A DNA stretch of 61,669 bases, filler included, from Vannella sp. (lineage: Eukaryota), in the NCBI GenBank assembly GCA_023345925.1. It is 7 parts of 7 records of this genome, joined end to end, with 100 filler letters (N's around TTAATTAATTAA, not from the genome) between each part and the next. Parts side by side here need not be neighbours in the genome. Positions count along the whole stretch, not along the records: positions 21,566 to 32,202 come from JAJQQN010000699.1; positions 32,303 to 39,756 come from JAJQQN010000675.1; 5 more parts are not named here. One strand, 5' to 3'. Position 1 is the stretch's first letter; each line of letters begins with the position of its first letter. The notes beneath the pieces are model-generated. The model saw only the letters and a program-made list of their open reading frames with translations. It made no database searches and was not told where the DNA came from. Below are positions 23,560 through 34,594 of the stretch, one piece after another. The translations under genes and the position numbers were made by a program.

Positions 23560-23977
23560 TTACAACAGAGCGAAAGACAGAAGGAGGAGAGCAATGATTG
23601 GACTCAGCATGCAGCCCAAGTTGCCCTGATCCACTGTCGTCTGCTCCACAACAACGGCTTCGGAGGTGTCGTAATCATCTCCCCAGTAGCCAGAGAACGT
23701 CTGGCGAAAGGAAGTCCAGTAGAAAGTTGTGATTGAGTTGGTAGCAGCGTCAGGATTGCCAGTTACAGTCTGCACCGCGGTGGAGAAGTTGTAGTATCCA
23801 TCGTCTGGGAATCTGTTATGTTGTGAGCTCACCCCGCGGCCTAGACTGCCCTCCTACTCACGAAAGCTGTGTGGCTTTACTAGACTTATCGTATCGACCA
23901 TACCAATCGACTGGAGCATTCTGAGCAGCGACGAAAGCGCCAAGAGCAGCGACGAGGACCAGGAGGGAAAGCTGCAT
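23560..23977 (-). CDS. Small secreted, probably GPI-anchored protein (2 exons, ~120 aa)
   Basis: MQLSLLVLVAALGAFVAA signal peptide. A GTGAGT...CTCAC...ACAG intron restores the frame. Hydrophobic C-terminus LSPIIALLLLSFALL*. Confidence 0.7.
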
Positions 23978-24065
23978 TGAAATGAACAATAAAAGCGGAA
24001 AGAGGAATAATCACAAGTCTTTATAAGAGATCCAAGAACTCAATGAAAGCGGAGGTTACAACCCT

Positions 24066-25108
24066 TTACAAGGCGCCACTGTCGCTCATAGAGCCAGACG
24101 AAGCAGAGCTTCCAGAGTTGCCGCTTCTGTTGGAGGACTGAGAGTTGGACTTGGTGGTGTTGTCAGACTCGAGCTTGTCGGCCAAGAGCAGGCAGCAAGG
24201 GCAGCAGGGGAGGAAACCAATGAAGGCAGCCCAAGCTGCGATGACCTTCTTGTTGATGATGTAGAAGATGAAGATCAAAAGACCCTGGAGAGGAGCGAAG
24301 ATGGAGAACAGAATGAAGAAGATGTCAGACACAACTGGGAAGGGAAGCAAGAACATAATGTAACCGAAGATCCAGGAGAGACCAATCGAGACGAAAATAG
24401 AGAGGTACACACGGAACTCTTTGCGAAGGGTCTTCAGTCGCTCCTTGTCGAAAGGACGACCAGATTCGTTGGAGGCACTGGCAGATGAAAGAGTCTCATG
24501 AATTTCTCGTCCAACGAAGAAGAAGAGGATAGCATTGCTTGAGATAATGATGAGACCAGGGATGAAGAAGACCAAGAATCGGCAGAGGGCCGACTTGATG
24601 TAGCACCTACAAAGGGATACTGGTGAGCCAAAGGAGTAACAAAAAATCAGTAAAATACGTACGCTCCTCCAAGATTACCGTACTGGCTGAAGCCACCAGT
24701 GAAGATGCAAAGAATGGCAGGAATGGTCCAGCTGATGAAGTGGTAGAACTTCTCCAGCTTCTGAGCCTGGCGGTTGCGTCGCACAATCATCTGGTAGAAG
24801 TTGAAGGCAACGCAGAAGGTCCAGAGGAAGTTGGCGATGAAGAAGTAATGCACAAAGACGGCAATGGTCACGCACTGGCCCGTATTGTTGTACACCTCAG
24901 GCTCGAATGCGATGATAAACGCAGTAAAGCCTATCACAATACAAACGCAAAGGTACATGATGAGCTTGATGGGGTAGGTCCTGAGTCGCCCCTTAGGATT
25001 GATGCCGAAAGTTACAATCACGCAGAACGCGGCAATGATGGAGAGGATCATCAACGCCGTGACGATGTGGTTGAAGACCTCAGTGACTCCACTACTGGCT
25101 TGCACCAT
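24066..25108 (-). CDS. 7-TM GPCR (secretin/cAMP-receptor-like, amoebozoan type)
   Basis: Seven hydrophobic segments; CVTIAVFVHYFFIANFLWT, YHFISWTIP, IGLSWIFG, PLQGLLIF. One intron near 24607-24660. Confidence 0.85.
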
Positions 25109-25382
25109 GGGGTACTTGGAGAAGAAAAACTGCTTTTCGTTATTTACCAAAAAAGGGTCTAACCTCCCAGTCCTCCTGCCAATCAGCACCTCTCAATTGC
25201 TCATAATTACGCACTTGCAACAATATTTCAGGGTTTCTGTGGATGTCTCTAGTCTGCTGTCTGCCAGCCAGAATGTGTGGTGGGATGTGATTCTTTGGGT
25301 TGGTAACGTTGAAGGTAGCTTCCCCAAAGGCGAATGAAGTGGGGTTTCAGGAAAAGAGATTGGAATGGGGAATTTAAGAGGT

Positions 25383-28300
25383 TCAGGGAGCGATCTTAAG
25401 AAGAGAGCAAAGCTCTTGGTGCCAAGAAAGAGAGATAGAATCATTATCACCTCGGAGGGCAAATGGCTTGTGCTTGCGGTGGGAGATGAGAATGGCAAAG
25501 TTCTTTTTCTTTCCAATCTTCTCCACGTTCACTCCCAGTAACTTGATAACGCCAGTGGGCCTCTTATCCTAAACAAAGTAAGTGACTTCACTTTGAAGGA
25601 GTGTTCGTACTGTTTGCTGAGCATAGTAATAAAGAGAGGGATACTGAAGGGAGAACCACATTCGCTTCCACACAGAGTCCTCCCTCAACATCAGATATCC
25701 GCTTTTGGATTCCTCAGAAGCAGTGGTCAGTCCAAGTTGAAGTTGAGTGTCCTTCCTTGAGTTGGGTGAGCGAAACAGATTTGTGATGGATAATGGGATG
25801 TACAGACCATTCCATGTGGCTCTTCTCTGCAAGAAGGCGTTGCTCTGGAGTCAGGTTGAGATCCAAGTTGATGACAGTGTCGTTGTAGCACTCCACAATC
25901 TCTCCTCGCATAGCTGGAGTCCGACCTTGTCGGTCCTCACAAATCAATGACTCGTTGTAGGCTTTGACTTCGTCCCACACTTCAGCACTCAGAATGGCAT
26001 TTTGCACTTCTTGCACTCTCTCAAAGCTGTAAGGAGTCACCTGATGCTGTCGGATCTGCTCAAGAATGCCCTCAAGTTGTCTCAGCTTCTGAAAATTGAT
26101 CAGTTCTGGGTTGGAGTCAATTGTGTCGGCGTTTCCGTCATTGAGGAATGTTAGGTCTTTCATCAGAACACCTGGGAGAGGTTACATTTTGGAAAGCGGT
26201 GAATCAGTCATTGAGCCTACCAATGTTGGGTATCCTCGGGAGGTCTCCGACACTCGCAAGCGCTTTTCGGTAATGCCTGTTATTATTTTCGATGGACGTG
26301 AGGGCTTGGAGAGACTCCCATGTGCTCTTAAGCTTGTTTGAAACGAGCTGGGGTGGATCAGGACCACTTCAATGGAATCACACTCCACAAACTCACCTTC
26401 CAGGACACCTTCAAGCGATGCACAGCAGTGCTCTGCAGTGCAGCAACAATCTCAATGACTGTGTTGAAGTTATTCAGGAGATGGCACTCTTCTGCCACCA
26501 TAATAAACACCGAAATCGCTTGGACTCTCTGCTTTGTGTCCTTGTGGCGGAGAATGCTGCTGACCACCGCACCACTAAAGTGATTAAAGTATTTGATAAA
26601 GCGGGTCAAGTTGGGTGCCAACTCGTCCTTGTTAATGCGACTCCAGTTCTGGTTCATGAATTCTTGAGGCTGTATCTGGGAGAGGATCTCATCTAGCAAC
26701 AGATTAGACACTCTTGAAGTAGTACACACCGATTAGACTTACATTCAGCGAGACACGCTTGCCTGGCAATCTCTCGAGGGTCCACAGCAGTTATGTGGAG
26801 GTTGGATGGCATTGGATTGGGGAGAATAGGTTTTGGTGGGGTCTCCTTTTTCGGTCCTAGCACGCCTCCTTTCTTGTCAGCGCCTTCACTAATGTTTTGA
26901 AGGGCGGAGCGGAGGCTCGAAGCCTCTGGATCAAGAGGAAGGGTCTCCACAAAGCAGGAAAGAGTTCCCATTAGTTGTGGGTTCACGGAGAAGTGATTAG
27001 GATGGGAGTTGAGCCACCTGGCGAGAACATTGAGAGTACGAATGCGCAGGATTTTCCTTTTCGAAGCCGCTTCCTCCATTTGGCTTGTTTGATCCGCATT
27101 CGCATCCAACTCCCTTCCACCGCTATTGTAACGAAGGATCAACAGTTCTAACAGATCTGAGCTCTCGCAGAAGCTCTGGTGGAGGAAGAGGAAGCATTTC
27201 ACAAAAGACGGGGAAGAATACTCTTCGTGGGCCAGATAGCCCACAAGCTTCTCCACATTTCCTCCAATGATCACGTTAGTGTCCTCTCGGTTACCAGAGA
27301 GGTCTTTCCATCGAATGTTGTTCTGGCACTCCAATTCCGAGAAAAAGCGAGAACGCGTTGCCGGATCTTGCCGGAACGCTGTTCGGAAGTGTAAGCGAAT
27401 CGTCGCACAGCTTTTCTTCTGGACGAGTGGGACGTTGCTGAGGGTGTTCTTGGCCCCGCGCCAGGAGAATGTGTCCAAAGAGATGAGCCATCCAAAGGAT
27501 TCTGGCAGCTGCCGGATCTGATTGTGACTCACGTCGAGATGCCTCAAGCGCTCTAGCTTTTCGATGTCGTCTGGCAGAGCGCTGATGGAGTTGTGGGCGA
27601 CATTGAGGAACTCTAAAGAGGGAAGTTCGAGGAGGACTGAAGGAAACTCAGTCTAAAGGGCATGTCAGGAGTGAGGCACTTCGAAGGATAACATACCAAT
27701 CCAGTGGACTGCAGAGAAAGGTGGCATAAGTGCACAAGAGCCGGTAAGGAGGCGGGAAGGGGATCCAACAGGACATTCCCATCTAAAAGGAGCATGGAGA
27801 GGTGACTGAGAGTAGTGAGACACTCAGGAAGATGCGAAATGTTGTTGTAACTCGCGTTGAGTGACAGCAAGCCGGTCAGAGCTCCTAACTGATGAGGGAG
27901 GTGGTCGAGGAGGTTATCTTGCACTTCCAGCCTTTCCAAGCTTGCTCCCAACCCGCAAACAGACAAGGGGATCTGTTCTAATTGGTTGTCAGCCACAGAC
28001 ACGCTCTGGAGGCGCTTCAGAGAGGACAGGCTGGCAGGAAGGCACTCTTCTCCTCGGAGGTTATTGTGACTTAGATTCAGCTCGCGTAGGCTCTCCATCA
28101 TGCCCAGCGACTCTCCTATAAGCTCGAAATCGTTGTACTGCAGGTCAAGGGACACGCATTCACGCTGAAGGAAGATAACGAAACCGGGGAGATCTGTCTT
28201 CAGCTCCTTGTTCCTGAGTACAAGGTGGCCCTGCTTTTGTCTGTCAGACAACCAGCAGTTGAGGTTCTCTCCCAGCATCTTCTTCTCAGCAACCGCCTGC

Positions 28301-28481
28301 CACTTGTGAGTCTTTCACCGCCAAAGTCTCGAGAAGAGCTTCACACCTCAATCTCCAGTCCGGAGAGGTCCAAGTTCAATGCACGTGATACCTCTGTGAA
28401 TGCACCACGCGTAGGTTCCCTTGTCAGCACAGGGGGACCGGACAGGACCCCATCGCCCCGCCCTTCGCCCGAGGTGGACAT
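25383..28481 (-). CDS. LRR, REM, RasGEF (CDC25) and C-terminal PH domain protein
   Basis: LxxLxLxxN repeats; GGNVEKLV...FL..HQSF; LNNFNTVIEIVAALQS; KDLTFLNDGN...INFQKLR; KSGYLML...WKRMWFSL...LYYY...SLSWHQEL. Confidence 0.85.
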
Positions 28482-28524
28482 GAAATGGAGTCTTTAGAAG
28501 GATCCAGCGCCTTTGAAAGGTACT

Positions 28525-29614
28525 TTATTGGGTTGGAGGAGGTCCAGTACGGTCGCGAGTGAGTAGCTCGTACTCAATAAGGCGTTTTCTTTGGTCTTCG
28601 TACCAAGTGAGGACTTGATCTTTGAGGGAGACCTCAAGAAGACCGCCTTTGGGCACGTCTTGGAGCTTGTAGGGACCGTATTGGATACGCTTGAGGCGGG
28701 ACACTTGCCAGTTGAAGTGAGCGAAGATGTTACGCAGCTCTCGGTTCTTTCCCTCTCGCAATGTGGCTGATATGAGGTGATTAGGCCCCTCACTCTTGAG
28801 CACTTGGATGTCTATCCCTCCGTATAACACTCCGTCTATCTTGACACCGCGGGAGATCGCTTTCAGCTTCGAATCGGTCAAGTGACCGTGGACCCGAAGC
28901 TCGTACTTGCGCAGGAACTTGTTGCAAGGCAGCTCCAAGTGACGAGCGAGAGAACCATCGTTTGTGATCAGTAGTAGACCTTCGCTGAGGTAGTCAAGGC
29001 GCCCCTGTTGTCTGTTAGCTTGATCACATTCCTTTGGAAGGGATAACTTGCCACAGAGACAAGGTGATGGGCATCAGGATCGCTGGAGAGCATTCTCTCT
29101 AGCACGGGGAAGAGAAGTTGCCGCTTGCTTCCGTCGGGGGAGTGTGAGACGAGCACCTCAGGCATCTACAACATCAAAAGTCGATCATCAGGGCCTGGAG
29201 AGGCTTGTAAGCCAGATAGACCGACCTTGTAATGAACCCATATCCGAGGTTTCCATTTCCATGCATGAAGTGGCTCGTACTGTGGATGGTGAGGAAGAGA
29301 GAGGAGGAAGTGAAGATTCTGACCTCCTTGTTGTTCACTTTGATCTTGGCGCCGTACGGAAAGATGCGAGAAGCTACGTTCTTCACGACTCTGTTCTCCA
29401 CTGTGACTTGGCCGTCCCTGATCAGCTCTTCCGCCCTCCTTCGAGAAGCAACACCCAGCATGCTGAGCACTTTCGACAGCTTGACCGTATCTGGGGCTTC
29501 AAGAGCTTTGGCTACTGGAGTACCACTTTGATTCGCACCCTCTGTAGTCCATGATCGCCAACTTGCGCGCCCAGCTCCGATCGCCTCTGAAACAAAGCGT
29601 CCCCTTTGGAGCAT
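28525..29614 (-). CDS. RsuA/RluB-family pseudouridine synthase with S4 domain, probably mitochondrial
   Basis: KLSKVLSMLGVASRRRAEELIRDGQVTV (S4), GRLDYLSEGLLLITNDG, LREGKNRELR, VSRLKRIQYG. Arg-rich N-terminal presequence. Confidence 0.88.
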
Positions 29615-30362
29615 CCAAATAATAATAATGCAGGTTTTATCGACCGGCTTCTCCGACCTCAAGCAGGGATGGTTACGGCTAAGTTTTTAAAAGCCGTTAC
29701 GCAAGGGCTTCCCAAGCGAAAAAATTGTGGGATCGATCTCAACAGCTGAGGTCTCTGCGAAGGAGGACTTTGTTTTTTTTAAACGATCTTGGTTTTCGTG
29801 GAGTGCCTGGTGGGGAAAGAGGTAAAAAGAAATGTTCGGCAATGTCATGTTTATTGCGCACTTATGACGGTAAGTCTGAATGTGCTCCCATGATCGAGGA
29901 TTCTAGCCGAAGCTCTGGCAGGTGCTGGAGTCAACCAGCTTTGGAATAGTACTCAACTATAACAATAAACACCTCTTGCTCACTAGGATGTCGCGCGGTT
30001 GAGCTCTTTCATCATAAATCTCTCTTTTCTTCTCCTTCTTCCTCCATCATGAGGCTCCTTCGCGGTTGACTAGTCATCATATGGCAGAAAGATCAATGGT
30101 GCATGATCTATGATGCTTGGCTCGATCAGGGACTTCCAGATTCCAAGGACGACCCAGACGATCCTTGAGGTGTACTCGTTGAACAGTCTGCCTCACCAAA
30201 CTTGTACCTTTGCGTACAAAGATGTTACCTTGGCCCTCTTCACCCCTCAGAAGGCGCCGAAGGGCTCCTTTACCAAGAACTGGGCCCCCGATAAAGCTGA
30301 AGTTTTGGCTAAAAGCTGTGGCTTAAGCCGTAACTTCTAAAAACCCATTTTCTGTGGCTTAA

Positions 30363-32202
30363 GGGTACTCAAGACGATCTGCGACGTTCAGAGAAAGATC
30401 GCGGGCTTCTTGAACACACTTCTTTCAGTTCTGATTCAAAAGTAGAATAAACTCATAAACTCATTATTTATAAGTTTTTTTGGCGCTTGGCTGGTGGTCC
30501 TCCTGCCTCAGCTGGTGGCTCTCCTTGCAGTTTGATGAGAAGCGACTCCTTGTTCCATCTACTGTAGCCTTTGATTCCCTTTTCTTTGCAAAGAGCTTTT
30601 AGATCTTGCACAGAGCGCAACTGCAGGTCATCAGTGGTCTGGGTACCCACCACTGGTTGAGTAGAATGTAAGGTGTTGAGGCAACGCTGCAAGTGTGATT
30701 CTCCTTCGGTGATCGGAATTGTAGATTTGTTAAAACATTGCTCCGCACACCCGCAAGCTTCTGAGCACTCGTTCTTGTTCGCACGGCAGCCACATGTCTT
30801 GTTTTTGCACGCGCTTTTCGATTGACAGTTACAGGTTGTGACTTGCTTATACGTATGGACAGTTCTTTCGTATGTACGCTCCTTTCTCGCGCGTCTTGAC
30901 TGTTTTCCCTTCAACTGGTAGCGTTTGGCGTTCTTTTGCTTGAGTTTTGCCCGGTTCGAGAGAGCTTCAATGATACAGTCCGACATTGGCAACCCGAGGC
31001 GATGGAATATGCGAGGAAGAGCTATCTCCAAGCCATCATTGTGACTGAGAACTGCTAAAGCCACCCGGCTGCGGTACATCGACGCCACTGGGACATCCTT
31101 CGGAGCCAAGGAGGACAGCTCATGGTTGAATGACTCAACCAATGACTGATTACGCCCATGAGCGTAAGCAGAGGCACTTGCGCAGTATGGCTGGAGGATC
31201 TTTGCCAATATCAATGCCTGTTCTGGCGTCATGACATCCTTATCAGTGTAATCCCTCGTATGTACACAATGCTGGTGATCGCCGCTGTGATGTCTAACAC
31301 AAGTTTCAAGCCGATCTCGGAGGAACTTACCTGGATCAGGTTCCACAGCTGCAAGTCTCGCGGATGTCCACACCCAAGTGCGGATGCCTGATTGATAGTC
31401 CTTATGGATGCCTTTGCTGACCTGCTTACCGATGTTCTTGGCCCAATGGTTTATGCATTGGTGGTCGATACATTCCGGGAAAACCATGCGGACTGACTTC
31501 ATGGAAGACCCATCGCCATCATGCAAGAAAACGGTGACTCGAAGACCTCTCTTCTTCAGCTCTTGGCAGATCTCCAAAGTTCCTGCCCCTTCCATTGATC
31601 GCGCGCTTCCGTCGTAGTTCTTGTGGCTTCCATTGGAGTTGATCTTCACCGACACACCAATCACTTGAGAAGTTTCCACGCTCAAGAAGACAGTCGTTCC
31701 CATTGGTGATTTGAATCCCCGCACCGCCCAGCAAGAGTCCCCCATAACATGCACGTCCGTCCCGCACCTTGAGGTCTCACGCTCAAAGGAAAGCTGTTGC
31801 TCCTCAATTAGAGCACTCTCAATGCGCTTCAGCGCTTTATAGAAGAAGTGTTGGCTTGGTGGAGTGACACGTAAGAAGGCAGTACCGAAGGTCATCTTTC
31901 CAGGTGGGAGACCGGTAAGCAAGCCCATGAACACAAACTCTTCTGCTGACACTGGTGAAGATTGATTGAAATCACAAGACGATTCAACATCGTCTGAATA
32001 TGATTCCTCGCTATCCATATCGCTGTCCTCTTGCTCCTCGGTGAGATCCACCTGATTCAACACCGGGCACTCAACTGCCGGCAGTTGAAAGGGCCACATC
32101 AAAATGACTCGAGTTCCGTTTAACTTTATATCATTGATGTCATCTCTTGCATAAAGACGATTTTCGAGCAAAGAAAAGTTGGTCTTTCCTTGAATTTGCC
32201 AT
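30363..32202 (-). mobile_element. DNA transposon, Mutator-like DDE transposase (Phantom/Kolobok-like); 5' end cut by contig edge; ORF 30468-32171
   Basis: GDSCWAVRGFKSPMG, SMEGAG, HDGDGSS, CINHWAKN, NQSLVESFNHELSSLAPK. Intronless. Candidate terminus TTAA|GGGTACTCAAGAC at 30359-30375. Confidence 0.8.
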
Positions 32203-32302
32203 NNNNNNNNNNNNNNNNNNNNNNNNNNNNNNNNNNNNNNNNNNNNTTAATTAATTAANNNNNNNNNNNNNNNNNNNNNNNNNNNNNNNNNNNNNNNNNN
32301 NN
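32203..32302. other. Artificial contig linker
   Basis: N44-TTAATTAATTAA-N44. Confidence 0.98.
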
Positions 32303-32655
32303 AGCAAGTGGTAGTGGCCCTCTTCAGAGGCCCATTCGATTGGTGAGGCTCCTTGAGAGTCTGCAAGGTCTGATTGAGCTCCAGAATCAAGGAGATGGGA
32401 GAGAACCTGTTCCCGGTCGGCCTTAACGGCCCAGTGGAGAGCAGTTTCGCCGTAGAGGTTAATCAAGTCGACTTGAACGCCTTCTTGCAGCAAAAGGAAC
32501 ACCACAAAGCGAGGATCTTTTCGCAGAGCTGCAAAGTGGAGAGCAGTGCTTCCCATGTCCGTCACGTCATGAATATTACCAACCAGAAGAGAAAGCTCTC
32601 TCTCGCAGAAGGCGTTTCTTACCAAAGCTCGAAGGAGAGGGTTCCACTCTCTCAT
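32303..32655 (-). CDS. Ankyrin-repeat protein, 3' truncated
   Basis: GSTALHFAA, GETALHWAV, GASPIEWAS. Confidence 0.85.
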
Positions 32656-32699
32656 CAGCAAGCAGAGCTATGGAGAAAATGGGCATCAGTTTGTTAAAC

Positions 32700-34230
32700 G
32701 ATGGTTATAGCAATACTGCGGTCTCATTGGCAGGTGCAAGACAGGTGAACTGCAGGAATAGGGAAACGGAGATTTCATGGAAAGTCGCAGAAACCATCCT
32801 AATCCGGGCGCACGGGAGAACGTCCAACGAGTATAATGGTCAAATAATGATGAATCGTTGGGAGGCATACTTTGAGGATGTGGAAGGAGATGAAGGCAGC
32901 GAAGACTCCCCAGCAAAGCGCTCTGAACTAGGATCCTTTGTCTTTGCTGCAAGTGGACTCTGTACTCCTTGGGGCACGTTCAAACATCTCCTTCCTGAGA
33001 CATCAAGAACTGTTGGTTGATGCGATGATGGTGGATCGATGATCCCCCACCCTGGTGGATGGACGTATACTTGGAGTAGGATGGTGCCTGAAGAACTACT
33101 GATGATAAGGTCGAGAAAGGCCCAGCAAGAGTTGCTGATGTCGCCCTAGAGGCGATAGTTGAACAGGCTCAACACAGCAAAGTAAAGAGTTGTATGTGTG
33201 AGTAATGTGTTGAGTAGCGACAAAGAGGACGTTGACAACTGCTGCCGATAGGAAACATGTAACACAGGTAACAGGCTCGCAGGTAAAGACCCTCACTTTG
33301 CGCGGTTGTGGAAGGCAGAGAAGTGTTCCGTGGGGCAGGATGAACCTAATGATGGACTCTTCTCTCTGACAGAAATCTACGGAGACCTTCAAATCGGGTA
33401 CGATCGAACTCCTGAAGCTTATGGACTCTTCTAAGACCTGCGAAACCTCCTGCAAAGCTGTGAGCTTGCCTTGAGGCAGAAGCGCTTGTTCTGTCCTACC
33501 GTAGGTTCTCGCAACAATGAAGCTTCTGGACTTTTTGCGTCCTTTAAGAGGGCCTCCTTCAGGAAGCCAAAAAGTACCTCGCTTAAAACACATAAAAAGT
33601 TCATTCGTAATGGTCCCGGTCGAATTTGAAGCCACTTTTCAACGGAGGAGGCCACGTGGTTGAGTGGGGAGGTGAATTCTCTCAATGGAGTAGTGGAGTC
33701 GAGGATCCTTTAAGAGGTTAGACAGGAATCCGGTAGCGCGCCTTGTAGCCAGTAGCATCCCGGAACAGATGAGGAGGAACAAAGGCTTCCGGCAGTTCTT
33801 GGAAGACGACTCGCTGTTTAGGAATGAAGATAGGATGGCTTGAAACTCTACCAGTAGAGCTGAATCCTTCGCTGTAGGAGGAGCTAAGCATTGCTTGAGA
33901 ACCAGGAGACACAAAATGAAGTCCTCAGAACAGACCTCCTTGATGAGACTCCTCTTTTCCTCGGACAGAGGCTTCGATTCGCAATACTGCGATCGCCCAA
34001 CGTTAAATATCGCGATTCCCTTCGATTGGCTCAACCGGCGTAATTTGGCGCAATCTTCCGACGGCGATGGAGGCGTTGCGGGAGTCAAAGGCTTCTACCA
34101 TACTGCGGGTCTGCTCGCGAAAAGGACATCTTCAGCGCAGTAGGAGAGGGACCATGGAAAAGACCAATCGAAATGCATTGCTGCGGACCTCTTTAGAATG
34201 AGAAGGAGGCGGAGAAGGTGAGTTTGGCAT
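32700..34230 (-). CDS. Hypothetical multi-exon protein, unrecognised; boundaries approximate
   Basis: Abutting minus-strand ORFs 33639-34088 and 33096-33635 with protein-like composition fill an otherwise empty 1.5 kb. Candidate ATG at 34230. Confidence 0.45.
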
Positions 34231-34594
34231 TATCTCACAGGAAGCCACGATGTTACGCTCCTCTGTATATCCATCTCAAGCCTTCAGGTCTCGAAGAGGA
34301 GCAGTAGCGTGGGGCCAACATTTGAACGAGGTTTGCGGTTCCCGTCCGATGGAACACTCTCAGGTACCAAACGGACTCACAATACATCCCAGTCGTATCG
34401 TTAGGGACCTCTTTCAACACCTCCCTGGCGAACCGTTCTCTCAGGAGCCCCTACACACTCTCTCACTCGACAAAGGAACCAACCTGCTCGACCTAAAGTC
34501 CCCACGAAGCCTATTTGATGGTCATGGGAGTCGAGGCTGCGGCCATTCCAGGGATGTGTGGAAGGTTTGAGGATTTAGATGGAAAGAAGGGTCC

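Noticed and set aside
29672..30334. Possible MITE bounded by GTTACGGCT...AGCCGTAAC
   Set aside because: Only about 9-12 bp match, no target-site duplication seen, and it could be a promoter motif or chance.
34250..34570. Small plus-strand ORF between two genes
   Set aside because: No recognisable motif or convincing exon structure; not supportable.
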